Positions 60,967 through 63,611 of a stretch of DNA of 63,611 nt are shown here, one piece after another; the first letter of the stretch is position 1; each line of letters begins with the position of its first letter. A program made the position numbers and the translations under genes. Where the stretch lies: positions 1 to 63,611 of the forward strand of contig SXPB01000020.1 of the NCBI GenBank assembly GCA_005776475.1, read 5' to 3'. The stretch is from Planctomycetia bacterium (lineage in GTDB: Bacteria > Planctomycetota > UBA1135 > UBA2386). The notes beneath the pieces are model-generated. The model was not told where the DNA came from and did not search any database. It saw nothing but the letters and a program-made list of their open reading frames with translations.

Positions 60967-62138
60967 ACCTCCCGGAACAAGCACCGGCGCCGATTGCCGC
61001 CGAGCCAGTCGCGCCGCAGCCGCCAGCCGCGCCGACGGAGCCATCGGGCGACCGTCCGGTGCGATGGGCACGCATGCTCACGTTCGCCGCGCTGGCACCG
61101 CTCGGATACCTGCTGCAACGCATCTGTGCCGGCAACCCCGAGCAGACCGAAGCGATCTACTCGCGCGGGATCTATCCGTACATCCAAAGCGGCCTCGCCG
61201 CGGTCGCCGAACTGTCGCCGGTCGCCATCGGCGAGTCGCTGTTGCTGGCGAGCCTCGCCTGGATTGCGTGGCGGCTTTTCCGTGGTGCTCTCGGCTGGTG
61301 GCGTGGTCGCCGCACCGCGCGCAACCTGCTGCTGCACGTGGTGGCGCAGGCCGCGGCGACATTCGGCGTGTTGGCCCTGCTGTTCCAGCTGCTGTGGGGG
61401 CTCAACCACGCGCGGTTGCCGTTTGCCCGGCAGCTCGGCTTGCAGACCGAAGCGAGCCAGCCGGCGCGGTTGGCGCGCGTCGTCCTCAAGCTGGCGCACC
61501 GCGCCGCGGCGGTGCGGCCGCCGGGGCTCGTCGGCGACCAGCCGTTCCTCGCCGCGGACTGGCGGCGGCGCATCGGCGAAGCGTACGACATCGCCGGCGC
61601 CGAGTTGCCCGTGCTGCAGGGCCCGCGCCCGACCATCCGGCGCGCGTGGATATCGCGGGTGATGACGCTCGGTTCGATCACCGGCATCTACTCGCCGTTC
61701 ACCGGCGAACCGAACGTGAACGCGCACGCGATCGAGTTGATGCAGCCGTTCGTCGCGTGCCACGAGGTGGCGCACCTGCGCGGCTACGCCCGCGAGGACG
61801 AGGCGGACTTCATCGCCTGGTACGTCGGTTCGCGCTCACCCGACCCGACGATTGCGTACAGCTGCGAGCTGATCGCGTACCGCATCGCGATGCACCAGCT
61901 GATGAACGCGGATGCGATTGCGGCGATCCTGTTGCGCCAGCAGTTGCCGCGTGAAGTGCTCGGCGACAACCTCGCCATCGACAGCTTCTGGGATGGGCAG
62001 CCGCGAGCCGTCAGCCATGTGGTGACCCAGATCGCGCGCACGTCGAACGACATCTACCTGAAGAGTTCGGGTCATGCCGACGGTGTGAACAGTTACGGGC
62101 GCATGGTCGATCTGCTGATCGCACATTTCGAACGCTGA
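60963..62138 (+). CDS. DUF3810-family membrane protein with an HExxH metalloprotease-like motif
   Basis: ATG 60963 overlaps the GIY-YIG stop (ATGA). TM helices are present. The motif region is GIYSPFTGEPNVNAH...FVACHEVAHLRGYAREDEADFIAWY. Confidence 0.55.
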   Translation: MNLPEQAPAPIAAEPVAPQPPAAPTEPSGDRPVRWARMLTFAALAPLGYLLQRICAGNPEQTEAIYSRGIYPYIQSGLAAVAELSPVAIGESLLLASLAWIAWRLFRGALGWWRGRRTARNLLLHVVAQAAATFGVLALLFQLLWGLNHARLPFARQLGLQTEASQPARLARVVLKLAHRAAAVRPPGLVGDQPFLAADWRRRIGEAYDIAGAELPVLQGPRPTIRRAWISRVMTLGSITGIYSPFTGEPNVNAHAIELMQPFVACHEVAHLRGYAREDEADFIAWYVGSRSPDPTIAYSCELIAYRIAMHQLMNADAIAAILLRQQLPREVLGDNLAIDSFWDGQPRAVSHVVTQIARTSNDIYLKSSGHADGVNSYGRMVDLLIAHFER

Positions 62139-62532
62139 GCCGGAACTGCCTGGCGCCTTGCCACCGGATAGTGCGCTTTCACGCGCGCGACCAGTACGTG
62201 CTGACGGTCGATCCGGCGCGTGGCTTAAGGATCGACGTGCCCGGCTTCCTCGCCGAATGGGAACCCGCGGGTTGTCCCTTGCTGCTGGACCAGAACGGCG
62301 GCGACGAGGGGGAGGGCAACGTGGGCAATGCGTGCGGGCATGGGCGTTCTCAGCAACAAGCAGGCCCGGCAGCGTATTGCGGCGGTGGCCCACTTCCCGC
62401 CGCGGCTGTCGGCGGTTGGTCGGTCCTTCTTCGGCGCGGCGACGCTGGCACGCACGCGAAGCCAGCCCGCGCCATTCCCACGTTGCGCGGCAAATCGGTG
62501 GCGGTACCCTGCTCGCCCTTCAAGGAACGCCC

Positions 62533-63611
62533 ATGCCACGCATCACCCTTCCCGACGGCAAAGTCCTCGAGTTCGCCCAGGCGGTCACCGGCCTGCAGAT
62601 CGCCACGACGATCGGGCCCGGTCTCGCCAAGAAGGCGATCGGCATCAAGCTCGACGGCAAGGAACTGCGCGACCTCGCGCGTCCCATCGACCGCGATTGC
62701 AGCGTCAAGATCATCACCGCCAAGGACGACGATCCCGATGCCCTCTACCTGCTGCGCCACTCGGCGGCGCACGTGCTCGCCGAAGCGGTCTGCGAAGTGT
62801 TCCCGGGCACGCAGCTCGCCTACGGTCCGCCGGTCGACGACGGCTTCTTCTACGACCTGAAGACGCCGCGCCCGATCACCGAGGCCGACTTCGCCGCGAT
62901 CGAAGCGAAGATGCAGGAGATCGTCGCGCAGAACCGGCCGTTCACCCGCACCGAGTATTCGGCGCCGGATGGCCTCGCCCGCACCGCCAACGACAAATAC
63001 AAGCGCGACAACGCCGAGCGCGCGATCGCCAAGGGCGACAGCGCCTTGTCGTTCTACACCAGCGGCACGCCGGGCCAGCATTGGGAGGACCTGTGCGCCG
63101 GCCCGCACGTGCCGGCCACCGGTTGGTTGAAGGCGTCGAAGGTGATGTCGGTTGCGGGTGCGTACTGGCACGGCGACCAGACCAGCGACCAGCTCACGCG
63201 CATCTACGGCACCTGCTTCGCCGACGAGAAGGGCCTGAAGGCGCACCTGCACCGCCTCGAAGAAGCGAAGCGCCGCAACCACCGCAAGCTCGGCAAGGAG
63301 ATGGCGCTGTTCCACGTCGAAGAGGACAACCCGGGCCAGGTGTTCTGGCATCCGGCGGGCTGGTCCATCTACGTGACGCTGATGGATTACATGCGCGAGA
63401 AGCAGCGCCAGTACGGCTACGTCGAGGTGCACACGCCGAGCGTGATGGCGCGCTCGCTGTGGGAACGCAGCGGCCACTGGGAGAAGTACCGCGAGAACAT
63501 GTTCACGACGGAGTCGGAGAAGCGCGACTTCGCCATCAAGCCGATGAACTGCCCGGGCCACCTGCTGATCTACAAGACCAGCCTGAAGAGCTACCGGGAC
63601 CTGCCGCTGCG
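62533..63611 (+). CDS. thrS: Threonine--tRNA ligase, N-terminal 359 codons (gene continues beyond the window end)
   Basis: Not in the ORF track because it is open-ended. ATG 62533 gives MPRITLPDGKVLEF (TGS domain). The editing-domain motif is RHSAAHVLAEAV...DDGFFYD. WEDLCAGPHV, HRKLGKEM, ...HTP... and KPMNCPGH (class II core start) are present. Confidence 0.9.
   Translation, partial: MPRITLPDGKVLEFAQAVTGLQIATTIGPGLAKKAIGIKLDGKELRDLARPIDRDCSVKIITAKDDDPDALYLLRHSAAHVLAEAVCEVFPGTQLAYGPPVDDGFFYDLKTPRPITEADFAAIEAKMQEIVAQNRPFTRTEYSAPDGLARTANDKYKRDNAERAIAKGDSALSFYTSGTPGQHWEDLCAGPHVPATGWLKASKVMSVAGAYWHGDQTSDQLTRIYGTCFADEKGLKAHLHRLEEAKRRNHRKLGKEMALFHVEEDNPGQVFWHPAGWSIYVTLMDYMREKQRQYGYVEVHTPSVMARSLWERSGHWEKYRENMFTTESEKRDFAIKPMNCPGHLLIYKTSLKSYRDLPL

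Noticed and set aside
62225-62340. 38-aa minus-strand ORF (MPARIAHVALPLVAAVLVQQQGTTRGFPFGEEAGHVDP) in the thrS upstream region
   Set aside because: There is no ribosome-binding site and no recognisable family. It is the tail of a GC-shadow ORF. There is not enough evidence to call a gene.
1-63611. Search for mobile elements, CRISPR arrays, prophage or known defence-system genes, rRNA and tRNA
   Set aside because: I recognised no transposase, integrase or recombinase motifs, no spaced direct repeats, and no Cas, restriction or abortive-infection hallmarks. The only decay signatures are the three gene relics reported above. By-eye scanning cannot exclude small ncRNAs.

Overview
This 63.6-kb chromosomal window comes from a very GC-rich bacterium. 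My hand spot counts on single 60-nt lines range from about 62% to 75% G+C. It is densely coding on both strands, with about 55 supportable CDS and nine 4-nt start/stop overlaps. I recognised no rRNA, tRNA, CRISPR array, transposase or integrase. Gene content suggests a PVC-type (Planctomycetota-like) lineage: a Tat-DUF1501 + PSCyt2/PSD1 pair, a multi-CxxCH cytochrome / beta-propeller / ThuA-like operon, a sulfatase, and many signal-peptide proteins cleaved after ...AQ. Housekeeping genes are thrS (partial, at the window end), a CDP-alcohol phosphatidyltransferase-cdsA-plsC operon, an RluA-type pseudouridine synthase, slyX and a dodecin. The main metabolic block is a five-gene minus-strand operon: ketose-3-epimerase-like, enolase-superfamily, VOC, 2-hydroxyacid dehydrogenase and a LarA-like nickel-pincer racemase/epimerase. 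The most notable observations are these. (1) A ~120-140 aa C-terminal module recurs on six otherwise unrelated secreted proteins, which makes it a candidate lineage-specific sorting or anchoring tag. (2) An ECF sigma factor is fused in one ORF to transmembrane segments and a ~900-aa CarboxypepD_reg-repeat domain. (3) A methyltransferase / membrane protein / Asp-beta-hydroxylase-family operon converges on a B12-type radical SAM gene that is preceded by an orphan RHH gene. (4) An octaheme cytochrome is translationally coupled to a His-bearing 4-TM protein and followed by an N-terminally extended methyltransferase. (5) There are gene relics: an ABC ATPase/permease fusion remnant, an OmpR-type wHTH tail and an ELWxxDG fragment. 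(6) A lower-GC MBOAT + DltD-like pair sits next to an ArsR gene with a perfect operator palindrome. Two edge genes (LamG at nt 1-554, thrS at 62533-63611) are missing from the supplied ORF track because they are open-ended. The many long Arg/Ala/Gly/Pro-rich antisense ORFs are GC artefacts. All family assignments rest on motif recognition by eye. No database search was run.
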